From positions 15,996-79,995 of the forward strand of contig CBDFKY010000022.1 of assembly GCA_965248995.1 (NCBI GenBank): 64,000 nt of DNA, given 5' to 3'. A program made the translations under genes and the position numbers. Each line of letters opens with the position of its first letter. Positions within the stretch are counted from its first letter, which is position 1. Shown piece after piece: positions 54,732 to 64,000 of the stretch. The notes under the pieces are model-generated. The model worked only from the letters and a program-made list of their open reading frames with translations, made no database searches and was not told the origin of the DNA. Source of the DNA: Rickettsiales bacterium (GTDB lineage: Bacteria; Pseudomonadota; Alphaproteobacteria; Rickettsiales; UBA998).

Positions 54732-55556
54732 ATGTCTGTTCATACGTTCACCAGCGGCGACGATACCTACAGCATCACTCCGGGCGGTGCGATCGAGAAA
54801 CTGGCGGTCTTCGACGGGCGCGGCGGAGATGATGACCTCGGCATTTTTCGCGTGAGCGGAAATTATGAGATAAACGGCGGTGCCGGCAATGACACGATCA
54901 CCACCGGCTACACCGGTTCGGAGGCGCACTTTACAGTCCATGGCGGTTCCGGGGATGACGTGATCCAGGGCGTCGGAGGCGTCAACGAAGTGTATGGCGG
55001 TACGGGCAACGATACGATCGAAGGATCGTTCGGCGCGTTCACGATTCAGGGCGGAGCGGGAAACGATTCGATCACGCTGGGCAGTTATGCTTCCGGCGAG
55101 CTGTTCGGAGGTTCCGGCAACGATACGATCACAGCGTTGGCGCAGCGTGACCAGTACACCATGCACGGCGGCAGCGGAGATGATCAGCTTACCGGCATCG
55201 GCAATTTCAGCTCCATCAATGAAACCTATTACGGGGACACGGGCAACGATACCATCAGCTCACTCGGCGGAAACGATACGCTGGACGGCGGCAAAGGCAA
55301 CGACGTGCTGTTCGGCGGCGGCGGGGACGATACGTTCGTTTTCCATGGTAAAGACGGCGTGGACACCATTCAGGATTTCACGGTCGGACAGGATAAGGTG
55401 GAGTTTCATATCGCCGGGCTGCATTACGGCGACCTGCATTTCGTCAACAGCGGCAACGATGTGATCATCGAATACGGGCACAACGCCGAGAGCAAAATCA
55501 TTCTGGAAAATCACCATGCGGCTGATCTGCACGCGTCGGATTTTCATTTCGTATGA
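54732..55556 (+). CDS. Small RTX (hemolysin-type calcium-binding repeat) protein
   Basis: About 10 GGxGxD-type nonapeptides (GGAGNDTITTG, GGSGDDVIQG, GGTGNDTIEG, GGKGNDVLFGGGGDDTFVF). The C-terminus is like secreted RTX proteins. Confidence 0.8.
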   Translation: MSVHTFTSGDDTYSITPGGAIEKLAVFDGRGGDDDLGIFRVSGNYEINGGAGNDTITTGYTGSEAHFTVHGGSGDDVIQGVGGVNEVYGGTGNDTIEGSFGAFTIQGGAGNDSITLGSYASGELFGGSGNDTITALAQRDQYTMHGGSGDDQLTGIGNFSSINETYYGDTGNDTISSLGGNDTLDGGKGNDVLFGGGGDDTFVFHGKDGVDTIQDFTVGQDKVEFHIAGLHYGDLHFVNSGNDVIIEYGHNAESKIILENHHAADLHASDFHFV

Positions 55557-55572
55557 ACATGCTCTTTTAATA

Positions 55573-56499
55573 TTATCCGAGTGCCGCACTGACAGACATG
55601 TTTGCGGGCTCACCGGAGACACGTTCTGCCCACTTCTGTTTTGCAGATTGTTGCGTGATTCCAAGAGAAGCGCTTTTTGCTTTATGGGAATATACGAACC
55701 ACGCCGCCGTAACTCCTACGGTGGCTAAGACGGTGGCGGCAACCGCCATCTTTCCCTTACCTGTCAATGCGCCTTCGTGATAAAGCGCTTGCAGCAATCC
55801 GTTGCCCGCCTTTTGTGTCGCCTGTTCCGCCGTCGATTCGGCAGCGGCAGGCGGCGTATGCGCGACTGCTTCAGCTATGGGCGCGACCGCTTTTTGAAAT
55901 AACCTGTCCGATGTTCTGTTCTGCCATTGCTGAGTAGCCGGATCAAACGTGATGAATGTAGGGGTTCCGGACCGTTGCGCTTCCTGTAGATGTGCTAGCG
56001 CTTCGGGAGGAATAAGCTCACTGACCGCTTTCATACCTTCAGGAGTTCCGAATGCGGTGGTGATAGGTTGGGCACCGTACTTGTCCCATATCGGGATGAC
56101 ATGTTCTTCATGAAGCTTTCTAAGCCCTTCTTTGTCAAGAAACGGGATGGATTCAAGTGTGCCAGGCTCGGTACTAACGAATCCGTGCATCCGAGAAGGG
56201 GTACGACTATTCGTCTGATCCCGTGCATAATGGATGACATCTTCACGAGTAGTCAAATGTAGAAAATCTTCAGGGGATTGAGCATAAGATCCAGTGTACC
56301 AACGCTTACCATCAAATCCTAAAGCATGAGTAATTCCTTCCGGGTTTTTCTCAAGACTATTTTCCCTATACAAGCTGCCGAACATGCCCCCAAATGTTTC
56401 GCGAATGGACTGGGTCGCCTCTCCGGCATCGGGCACTATCCATTCCCAGTAATCCCGTGCTTTGATTCTCCCGTGACTGATATGCGCCCAATCCACCAA
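55573..56499 (-). CDS. Hypothetical tail-anchored membrane protein (308 aa)
   Basis: A single predicted TM near the C-terminus (MAVAATVLATVGVTAAWFVY) follows a ~250-aa soluble domain. No motif recognised. GC is lower than the flanks. Confidence 0.5.
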   Translation of the reverse strand: MVDWAHISHGRIKARDYWEWIVPDAGEATQSIRETFGGMFGSLYRENSLEKNPEGITHALGFDGKRWYTGSYAQSPEDFLHLTTREDVIHYARDQTNSRTPSRMHGFVSTEPGTLESIPFLDKEGLRKLHEEHVIPIWDKYGAQPITTAFGTPEGMKAVSELIPPEALAHLQEAQRSGTPTFITFDPATQQWQNRTSDRLFQKAVAPIAEAVAHTPPAAAESTAEQATQKAGNGLLQALYHEGALTGKGKMAVAATVLATVGVTAAWFVYSHKAKSASLGITQQSAKQKWAERVSGEPANMSVSAALG

Positions 56500-56565
56500 A
56501 TCTTTCCTTTGATTTTAGACCACATTAAAGGCGTAGCATGTCACTTTGATGACGAAGGGGCGGAT

Positions 56566-57678
<1,113 letters not shown>

Positions 57679-57686
57679 TCATGGAA

Positions 57687-58388
57687 TTATACCGCATACG
57701 GCGCGGCATAACTGCCGATGTGGAGCACGGCTTCCGTGCCGCCCGTCAACGGGCGCATCGCGCTGTGAAAACCGGCGCGGGTGAAGACGGTTTTACTGCC
57801 GTAATCATAAAACAGAGAAATATCGTCCCCCGTTTCTTCCGGCGTTACCTGTCCCAGCGCCAGATGGGTCGGGGCGTTGCCCACGAACGGCAGGCAGGCG
57901 AACACCCGCATGGGATCCGGCATGTGCCGCCACCACGATGCGTTCAGGTCGTACGGCACCACGGCGATGGTATGGGGATTCCCGGCGACGCCCGCAAAAA
58001 ACGCCTCTTCACTCAGGCTGAGATTTTCCACCTGCGGGCCGAAATACTGCGCCGCGGCGTGCACCCCTTCCGCATCGTCCGCGAACGTCAGGGTACGCAG
58101 CGGCGATTCCAGTGCCGTGGAACTACCGATGATGATCCGCCAGATCGCGGCGATGGCGGGCTTCGGGAACTGCGTATCCCCCGCCGCGTCCAGCAGGTCG
58201 CGCAGCATCCTCGCTTCCCGCCCGGCCCGGATATAGCTGCCGCTGACCCCTTCCGCCGATTTCAACGCTCCCACCTCTGCGACGATCAGTGAGCGTTTTT
58301 TGAAAAGATCGAGTAACCGCCGGTCGATCGCGTCGATTTCGCGGCGATACTGCTGGAGGGATTCCTCGAATGTCTGGTCGTTACCCAT
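57687..58388 (-). CDS. Chorismate mutase (type II) domain protein with an additional C-terminal domain
   Basis: The N-terminal LQQYRREIDAIDRRLLDLFKKRSLIVAEVGALK...REARMLRDLLD is CM_2-like. The C-terminal ~140 aa are of uncertain function. Confidence 0.65.
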   Translation of the reverse strand: MGNDQTFEESLQQYRREIDAIDRRLLDLFKKRSLIVAEVGALKSAEGVSGSYIRAGREARMLRDLLDAAGDTQFPKPAIAAIWRIIIGSSTALESPLRTLTFADDAEGVHAAAQYFGPQVENLSLSEEAFFAGVAGNPHTIAVVPYDLNASWWRHMPDPMRVFACLPFVGNAPTHLALGQVTPEETGDDISLFYDYGSKTVFTRAGFHSAMRPLTGGTEAVLHIGSYAAPYAV

Positions 58389-58400
58389 GGCTTGCCCTTC

Positions 58401-59675
58401 TCAAAGAGGATCGCGGCTCCGGTCGCGGTAGCTCCACATCGAAAGCATCGCCGCCGCGCACATGATCATCAGGTAAGCGCCGATCGCCAGCGGGGTATGG
58501 AAGCGGTTCAGCAGCCACAGCGCCACTATCGGCGCGGTGCCGCCGAACAGGGTGGTGCTCAGATTATAGGAAATCGCCATGCCGGTGAAGCGCACCCGGG
58601 TGGGAAACAGTTCGGCGAGCAGCGCCGGTTTGATTCCGATGGCGAGGCCGATGATCGTGGCGAGACCGGCCTCCGCGGCGGCGATCGTCCCGAATCCGCT
58701 GCTTTTCTCAAGCAGGGAGAACAGCGGGATCAAAAGAGCGAACAGAAGAAACGCGATGGCCACCAGCGCCCGTTTGCGTCCCGTCTTGTCGCTGAGATAC
58801 GCGGAGAACGGCACCGCCGCCAGCATGGCCAGCATGGAAAACGTGTTGATCCGCATCGATTCCGCGAAACTCAAGCCCAAGACGTCACGGTTGAAGGCGA
58901 TGAAATAGATGCCGACGATATAGAAAGGGCCGGTGGTGAGCGCATAGGCGCCGATCGCCCGCAGCATCGGCACCTTGTAGGATCTGAACACCTCGCCGAC
59001 CGGTGTCTTGGACAGGTGGCCCCCGGCATGCGCTTCGGCGTAGACGGGGCTTTCCGAGCAATGGGTCCGCAGGAAATACCCGACCGCGCCGATGATCAGG
59101 CCGCTCAGGAACGGAATCCGCCAGCCCCAGGCATGGAAGGCTTCTTCTCCGAGCAGGCCGCTGAGCGCGCTGACGGTGAGCGAGCCGCTCAGGAAGCCGA
59201 TGACCAGCGACATCATGCTCGTCCCGCCGATCAGGCCGCGGCGCCCGGTCGGGGCGTGCTCCACCAGGTAAATGATGGTGCCGCTGAACTCCCCGCCGAC
59301 GGAGAGCCCCTGCGCGATGCGGATGCACACCAGCAGCAGCGGCGCGGCGACCCCGATATCCTTGTACGTAGGCAGGCAGCCGATGGCCGCCGTGCACCCC
59401 GCCATCAGCAGCACGGAGAGCGTCAGCGCCTTGCGCCTGCCGAACGTATCCCCTACCCAGCCGAACACCACCCCGCCGAACGGACGCGCCACGAAACCGG
59501 CCGCGAACACGCCGAAACTGCTTAAGGTTTGCGTGAACGTATCCTGCGAAGGGAAGAACAGCGCGCCGAGCAATACCGCCATCTGGCCGTAAAGCGCATA
59601 GTCGAACCATTCCAGCGCGTTGCCGATCATGCTGGCCGCGATGACGCGTTTCATGGGGGTGGAAGGATTATCCAT
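58401..59675 (-). CDS. MFS metabolite:H+ symporter (ProP/KgtP-like)
   Basis: GNALEWFDYALYG, GWVGDTFGRRKAL (MFS motif A) and about 12 hydrophobic segments. The ATG at 59675 is chosen. Confidence 0.85.
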   Translation of the reverse strand: MDNPSTPMKRVIAASMIGNALEWFDYALYGQMAVLLGALFFPSQDTFTQTLSSFGVFAAGFVARPFGGVVFGWVGDTFGRRKALTLSVLLMAGCTAAIGCLPTYKDIGVAAPLLLVCIRIAQGLSVGGEFSGTIIYLVEHAPTGRRGLIGGTSMMSLVIGFLSGSLTVSALSGLLGEEAFHAWGWRIPFLSGLIIGAVGYFLRTHCSESPVYAEAHAGGHLSKTPVGEVFRSYKVPMLRAIGAYALTTGPFYIVGIYFIAFNRDVLGLSFAESMRINTFSMLAMLAAVPFSAYLSDKTGRKRALVAIAFLLFALLIPLFSLLEKSSGFGTIAAAEAGLATIIGLAIGIKPALLAELFPTRVRFTGMAISYNLSTTLFGGTAPIVALWLLNRFHTPLAIGAYLMIMCAAAMLSMWSYRDRSRDPL

Positions 59676-59909
59676 AGAACGTGAGCACATAGCACATTGC
59701 CGCCCGGTGAGGCAACCGCCTTGTGGGCAATATCCGTTGCAGGCCGTTTTTGAAGATAACCCGCGGTTGTCATTCTGAGACGAAGGCCGAAGGATTTTCT
59801 CCTTTCGCACTGGATCTTTCGGCTCTGCTTCAGGATGACGGCAGCTTCAAACCGAATACCAAGGAAATATCAGTTGCAATTATACGCAACTGTCTTATGG
59901 AATGGTATC

Positions 59910-60815
59910 ATGAGATATATCGCGTTACTGTTTATGGGGATGATACTGCTGGCGGGCTGCCTGCAGGAGCGGGCCGCGCCGATCGACGAGCAGGGCGGCA
60001 AGGTATTCGGCCGCACCGCCGATTATGACCTGAAGGGCGACGAGCTCCCTAAATACAGCAGCGCCCATCCTGCGCACATGTCCGCGGATCAGGATGCGAA
60101 ATATGTCGACGACTCCCACCAGAGCTACGGCCTGAGCGCCTCCGTCGATCCCGTCGCCTCCAGCGACCTGCCGCCGATCGATCCTGCGAAAGCTCCGAAT
60201 ACTCCGGCGGCGGTGCCCGGTACGAATCAGGAACTGAAAACCCAGCAGGCCGCCGATAAGGCGCAGGCGATGCGTTCCTCGCCCGCCGTGGCGGCAACGG
60301 ATTCCCTGCTGCCTTCCGGCTGGTCGAAGGACATGCCTGCGGGCGGCGACCATCAACAGAAAATTGCCGAGGCGGAAGCGGCGAACAAAGCGGGCCGTGA
60401 GCTTTCCGGCATCCGTTCCGCCCCCGTCGTCTCCTCCGCTCCCGCCGCACCGCCGGATTTCGTCTGGCCGCTCAAAGGAGAGGTGCTGAAAAATTTTCAG
60501 GCTTCCGGCAATGAAAGCCTCGCGATCGCGGGCCGTTCGGGCGAACCCATCCGGGCAGCTGCGGACGGCACGGTGGTGTATGTCGGGGATAAACTGCAGG
60601 GATACGGCACGATGGTCATCCTTCAGCATGCTAAAGGATACGTTACCACGTACGGGCATCTGAGCGACGCAGTGGTCGCGAAAGGGGACACCGTCATTTC
60701 CGGGCAGCTGATCGGTTTCGTCGGCAAGACGGGCAACGTGACGTCGCCGCAACTGCAGTTCTCGCTGCATCAGGGCGGCAAGGCGCTGGACCCCGCCTCG
60801 CTGCTGCATAAATAG
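59910..60815 (+). CDS. M23-family peptidase lipoprotein (NlpD-like)
   Basis: Lipobox LLAGC, a low-complexity linker and a C-terminal M23 domain (FVWPLKGEV...GYGTMVILQHAKGYVTTYGHLS...GQLIGFVGKTGNVTSPQLQFSLH). Confidence 0.85.
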   Translation: MRYIALLFMGMILLAGCLQERAAPIDEQGGKVFGRTADYDLKGDELPKYSSAHPAHMSADQDAKYVDDSHQSYGLSASVDPVASSDLPPIDPAKAPNTPAAVPGTNQELKTQQAADKAQAMRSSPAVAATDSLLPSGWSKDMPAGGDHQQKIAEAEAANKAGRELSGIRSAPVVSSAPAAPPDFVWPLKGEVLKNFQASGNESLAIAGRSGEPIRAAADGTVVYVGDKLQGYGTMVILQHAKGYVTTYGHLSDAVVAKGDTVISGQLIGFVGKTGNVTSPQLQFSLHQGGKALDPASLLHK

Positions 60816-60832
60816 ATTCAAGCGGCGTTTTT

Positions 60833-61576
60833 ATGACCGGGCCGCTATTCCTGCCTTCGGAACAGAAGGTGGAGCATTCCAAAGCGGCCCTGCAGCTGGA
60901 AGTGCATCACCGCCTGTGCGCCGCTTACGGCTGCCCGGTCGCGTATTTTCATCATCTCGATCCGCTCAGTGAAATGGTGTCCTCCCTGCTTTCGCACCGT
61001 ACCCGCAATCACGATTCCGGCACGGCGTTCAAGGCGTTGCGTGCCCGGTTTGCCGATTGGGAAGCGGTGCGTGACGCTGATGTCGCACAGGTGCGCGAAA
61101 CCATCCGCGCCGTGACGTGGCCCGAACAGAAAGCGCCGCGCATCCAGGCGATCCTGCGGGAGATCACCACCCGGTGCGATGCGTTGTCGCTAGATTTTTT
61201 AAGTGGCCTTACGGTGGAGGAAGCGCGCAATTGGCTTGAGACCCTGCCCGGTATCGGCCCGAAAACCAGCGCCGCCATCTTACTGTTCAGCACGCTTCGC
61301 CGTCCCGCCCTTCCGGTCGACAGCCACCATCACCGCGTCGCCATCCGCCTGGGCCTGATTCCGGAACGCACGTCCGAAAACAAGGCGCATGTCCTGCTGG
61401 CGGCATTGCTGCCCGCCGACTGGGATGCGCAGGCGATTTACGATAATCACGAAATCATGATGTTCCACGGCCAGCGCTGCTGCCACTGGCGGAACCCCGC
61501 CTGTGAGCGCTGCGTCCTGCTCGATCTCTGCCCGACCGGGCAAATGTTGCGACATGAGGGGACTATTCAGGCATGA
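60833..61576 (+). CDS. HhH-GPD superfamily endonuclease III-like DNA glycosylase
   Basis: HhH motif LETLPGIGPKTSAAILLFS and a C-terminal 4-Cys cluster (CCHWRNPACERCVLLDLC). Confidence 0.8.
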   Translation: MTGPLFLPSEQKVEHSKAALQLEVHHRLCAAYGCPVAYFHHLDPLSEMVSSLLSHRTRNHDSGTAFKALRARFADWEAVRDADVAQVRETIRAVTWPEQKAPRIQAILREITTRCDALSLDFLSGLTVEEARNWLETLPGIGPKTSAAILLFSTLRRPALPVDSHHHRVAIRLGLIPERTSENKAHVLLAALLPADWDAQAIYDNHEIMMFHGQRCCHWRNPACERCVLLDLCPTGQMLRHEGTIQA

Positions 61577-62091
61577 AAATGCTGTTCACACCGTTATCCG
61601 TATCCGGCATAATCCTGTTAACGGCAATGGCTGGGCGCGCAGGGACCATTCCGGCCAGCATATTCGACAGGCAGCTATCCCTGCCGCTCGGTATCCGCAC
61701 CGCGCTGGAAAAGGAAGCGACACATGCGTCGCTTTCATGGGAGGAGGGAATGCTGATTAAAGCCTATCACCGGGATGAAACCGCTTATCGCAGACTGGTA
61801 CGCCTCGTGCGTCCGCTTTGCGTCGAGAAAAAAGACAGCCGCGCGGAAGATCCCATAGCGCCGCTATGCACGGATGTGCCGGAAGCGGATGATTACGCGA
61901 AATATCGCGATAAAGACGGCGTGTATTACAGGACCACTGCTGCGAAAAGGAAAAAATACGAAAAAGAAGCGTCCGATCTGGAGTTCAAATGGATGAACGA
62001 CGGTAAAGAATGCACGATTCCGCAAAAGGAAGCGGATGGCAAAGATTACACCGATCATTGCGGCAATATTCATCATGTACCGGTTCCTTGA
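61573..62091 (+). CDS. Hypothetical secreted protein (172 aa)
   Basis: Signal-like N-terminus (MKMLFTPLSVSGIILLTAMAG). ATGA overlap with the preceding gene. No motif recognised. Confidence 0.5.
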   Translation: MKMLFTPLSVSGIILLTAMAGRAGTIPASIFDRQLSLPLGIRTALEKEATHASLSWEEGMLIKAYHRDETAYRRLVRLVRPLCVEKKDSRAEDPIAPLCTDVPEADDYAKYRDKDGVYYRTTAAKRKKYEKEASDLEFKWMNDGKECTIPQKEADGKDYTDHCGNIHHVPVP

Positions 62092-62200
62092 AAAGGGCCG
62101 TCTTTTGCATTTGCATTTGCAAACGGAATAGCTAATGTAACGTATCTGTCACAGTTCGTGCGGATATGTCACTCAGATGGTTTCAAGGAGAAGCGGTCCC

Positions 62201-63595
62201 ATGTTCAACGATATTCTGGTAGTAGACGACGAAGCGGACATTCGGGAGCTGATGTCGGAAATCCTCGAGGATGAAGGGTTTGCCGTACGCACCGCCCATA
62301 ACAGTGATTCCGCGCTGAAAGCCTTGGCCGAGCGGGTGCCGAGTCTGATGATTCTGGATATCTGGCTGCAGGGCAGCGAACTGGACGGGCTGGGCATTCT
62401 GGAATTGAGCCAGGAGCGTTATCCGACCTTGCCGGTCATCATGATCAGCGGCCATGGCAATATCGAGACCGCCGTCAATTCCATCAAGATGGGCGCGTTC
62501 GACTTCATCGAAAAACCGTTCGAACCGGCGCATCTGCTGCACGTGCTCTATAAGGCGCGGGAGATGTCGCGCCTTAGGTCGGAAAACGAGGAACTGAAAT
62601 GGCGCGGCAAGATGGAAAACACGCTGATCGGCAGCTCCCCCGCCATCCAGCAGATCCGCGCCCTGATCGACAAGGTCGCCCCGACCAACAGCCGCGTGCT
62701 GATCACCGGTGAGGAAGGGACAGGCAAGGAAGTGGCGGCCCGCCTGCTGCATGAACAGTCGCTGCGCGCCAAATGTCCATTCGTGACGCTCAGCGCCATC
62801 AGCATGCACCCCGCGCAGGTGGACGCGGAGCTGTTCGGTATCGAGAGTAACAACCCCGGCGGCGGCGCGGAAAAGCTCGGCCTGTTCGAGCGGGCGCACG
62901 GCGGGACGCTGTTCATCGACGAAATCGCTGACATGAATAAGGAAACGCAGGGCAAGGTGCTCAAAGCCCTGCATGACCAGTCGTTCGAGCGGGTGCGCGG
63001 CACCAAGCGCGTCTCGGTCGACGTGCGCGTCATCGCGGCGTCGAGCTGCGACCTGCTGGAGGAAATGCGGCAAGGGAATTTTCGTGAGGATCTATACTAC
63101 CGCCTGAACGTCGTGCCGATCCATATGCCGGCGTTACGCGAACGGAGGGAAGACATCGCCGAACTCAGCCAGTTTTTCCTGAAGGAATCGGCCCGCGCCG
63201 CCGGAATCCCCGTGCGTGCGCTGTCCGGCGAAGCGCTCGCCGTGCTGCAGGCTTACAGCTGGCCCGGCAACATCCGGCATCTGCGCAACGTCATCGAATG
63301 GTCGGTCATCATGTCGTCCGGCCGCGCCGGTGAAGTGATCGAGGACACCATGCTGCCGCCGGATCTCCGCCATCCCCACGCGGATCTCCCCCATCAGGAC
63401 GACGGCAACATCGTCATGTCCATGCCCTTGAGGGAAGCGCGGGAAATATTTGAAAAACAGTACCTGATGACCCAGATTTCCCGGTTCGGCGGCAATATCT
63501 CCAAGACCGCTTCGTTTATCGGGATGGAGCGCTCCGCCCTGCACCGCAAGCTCAAACTGCTCGGCATCCATAACGATGAAAAAATAACCGCTTAA
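62201..63595 (+). CDS. ntrX: Sigma-54-interaction-domain response regulator, NtrX-like
   Basis: Receiver (ILVVDDEADIRE...LMILDIWL), AAA+ domain (VLITGEEGTGKEVAARLLH, GGTLFIDEI) and a Fis-type HTH C-terminus. AAGGAG RBS 10 nt upstream of the ATG at 62201. No ntrY gene lies upstream. Confidence 0.85.
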   Translation: MFNDILVVDDEADIRELMSEILEDEGFAVRTAHNSDSALKALAERVPSLMILDIWLQGSELDGLGILELSQERYPTLPVIMISGHGNIETAVNSIKMGAFDFIEKPFEPAHLLHVLYKAREMSRLRSENEELKWRGKMENTLIGSSPAIQQIRALIDKVAPTNSRVLITGEEGTGKEVAARLLHEQSLRAKCPFVTLSAISMHPAQVDAELFGIESNNPGGGAEKLGLFERAHGGTLFIDEIADMNKETQGKVLKALHDQSFERVRGTKRVSVDVRVIAASSCDLLEEMRQGNFREDLYYRLNVVPIHMPALRERREDIAELSQFFLKESARAAGIPVRALSGEALAVLQAYSWPGNIRHLRNVIEWSVIMSSGRAGEVIEDTMLPPDLRHPHADLPHQDDGNIVMSMPLREAREIFEKQYLMTQISRFGGNISKTASFIGMERSALHRKLKLLGIHNDEKITA

Positions 63596-63606
63596 AGGCG
63601 CGGCCC

Positions 63607-64000
63607 GTGTTGCGCTGCTTATGCGGTATCGTATTCATCGCGCTGATGGGAGGCGGCTGGCCTTTTGCCGCTCACGCCGAGCCGGCGCACGTGTTCATGT
63701 CGCTTCGTTCCGGCAAGGTCAACATGCGGGTCGGCCCCGGCAATATTTATCCCATCATCTGGGTCTATATCGTGCGCGGGATGCCGGTGGAAATCATCGG
63801 CAAGAACAACGAATGGCTGCAAATTCAGGATAAGGACGGCGAGACCGGCTGGATCTATCACCGCATGGTCACCAAGACGCGCACCGCCATGACCGTCAGC
63901 AACGACATCCTGCTGCATTCCCATCCCGACAACAACGCCGGCATCTCGGCCCGGTTGATGAAACATGTCGTGGTGACGCCGCTCGCCTGCCGCAGCAGCT
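63607..64000 (+). CDS. SH3-like (DUF1058-type) secreted protein, 3' end outside window
   Basis: Open frame from the GTG at 63607 to the window end. Signal peptide (LCGIVFIALMGGGWPFAAHA) then MSLRSGKVNMRVGPGNIYPIIWVYIVRGMPVEIIGKNNEWLQIQDKDGETGWIYHRM, a bacterial SH3 pattern. Confidence 0.6.
   Translation, partial: MLRCLCGIVFIALMGGGWPFAAHAEPAHVFMSLRSGKVNMRVGPGNIYPIIWVYIVRGMPVEIIGKNNEWLQIQDKDGETGWIYHRMVTKTRTAMTVSNDILLHSHPDNNAGISARLMKHVVVTPLACRSS

Noticed and set aside
58392-60821. ORFs 58392-59525 (+, 377 aa), 58885-59610 (-, 241 aa, alternate frame) and 59925-60821 (-, 298 aa)
   Set aside because: They are antisense to, or out of frame with, the MFS transporter and M23 peptidase genes. Their translations are Arg/Gly/His/Gln-rich with no motifs.
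62183-63571. Minus-strand ORFs 62183-63073 and 63134-63571
   Set aside because: They are antisense to ntrX, which has receiver, AAA+ and HTH motifs.

Overview
The window looks like a 64-kb chromosomal segment of a moderately GC-rich Gram-negative bacterium. Gene content suggests an alphaproteobacterium (tsaE-amgK-murU cluster, ccmA, ntrX, DUF1058-type SH3 protein, flgB-flgC-fliE, cheY-cheZ), but the species cannot be determined from sequence alone. Most of the window is housekeeping backbone: purU, nspC, bioA, polA, nadD-rsfS-rlmH, ribD, acnA, ispE, fur, uvrB, gltX, rlmB, mreB and an nth-like gene. By eye, this backbone is interrupted by short AT-rich islets carrying accessory genes. I found no rRNA, tRNA or CRISPR array. 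The items I would look at again are listed here. (1) A 753-aa fusion of an adenosine-deaminase-like domain to a C-terminal LOG/SLOG-like Rossmann module (39817-42078). (2) A single-gene AT-rich islet encoding a wHTH plus TIR-like (Cap12/Pycsar-effector type) protein wedged 12 bp upstream of bioA (17101-17796). (3) An AT-rich islet at the purU 3' end encoding a small class III nucleotidyl-cyclase-like protein whose stop codon is supplied by a repeat element (9587-10183). (4) A 117-bp double-hairpin MITE-like element in two copies (5606-5722, 9488-9604) whose TATAGT termini resemble those of the resident IS630-family element (14370-15259). (5) A serralysin-type metzincin/RTX protein translationally coupled to a small secreted protein with a TIMP/NTR-like sequence pattern, next to decayed paralog fragments. 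(6) A 1075-aa FecR-domain protein with a TbpB-like C-terminal barrel. The many long ORFs antisense to GC-rich genes are treated as shadow ORFs. All domain calls come from motif recognition by eye. No database search was run.
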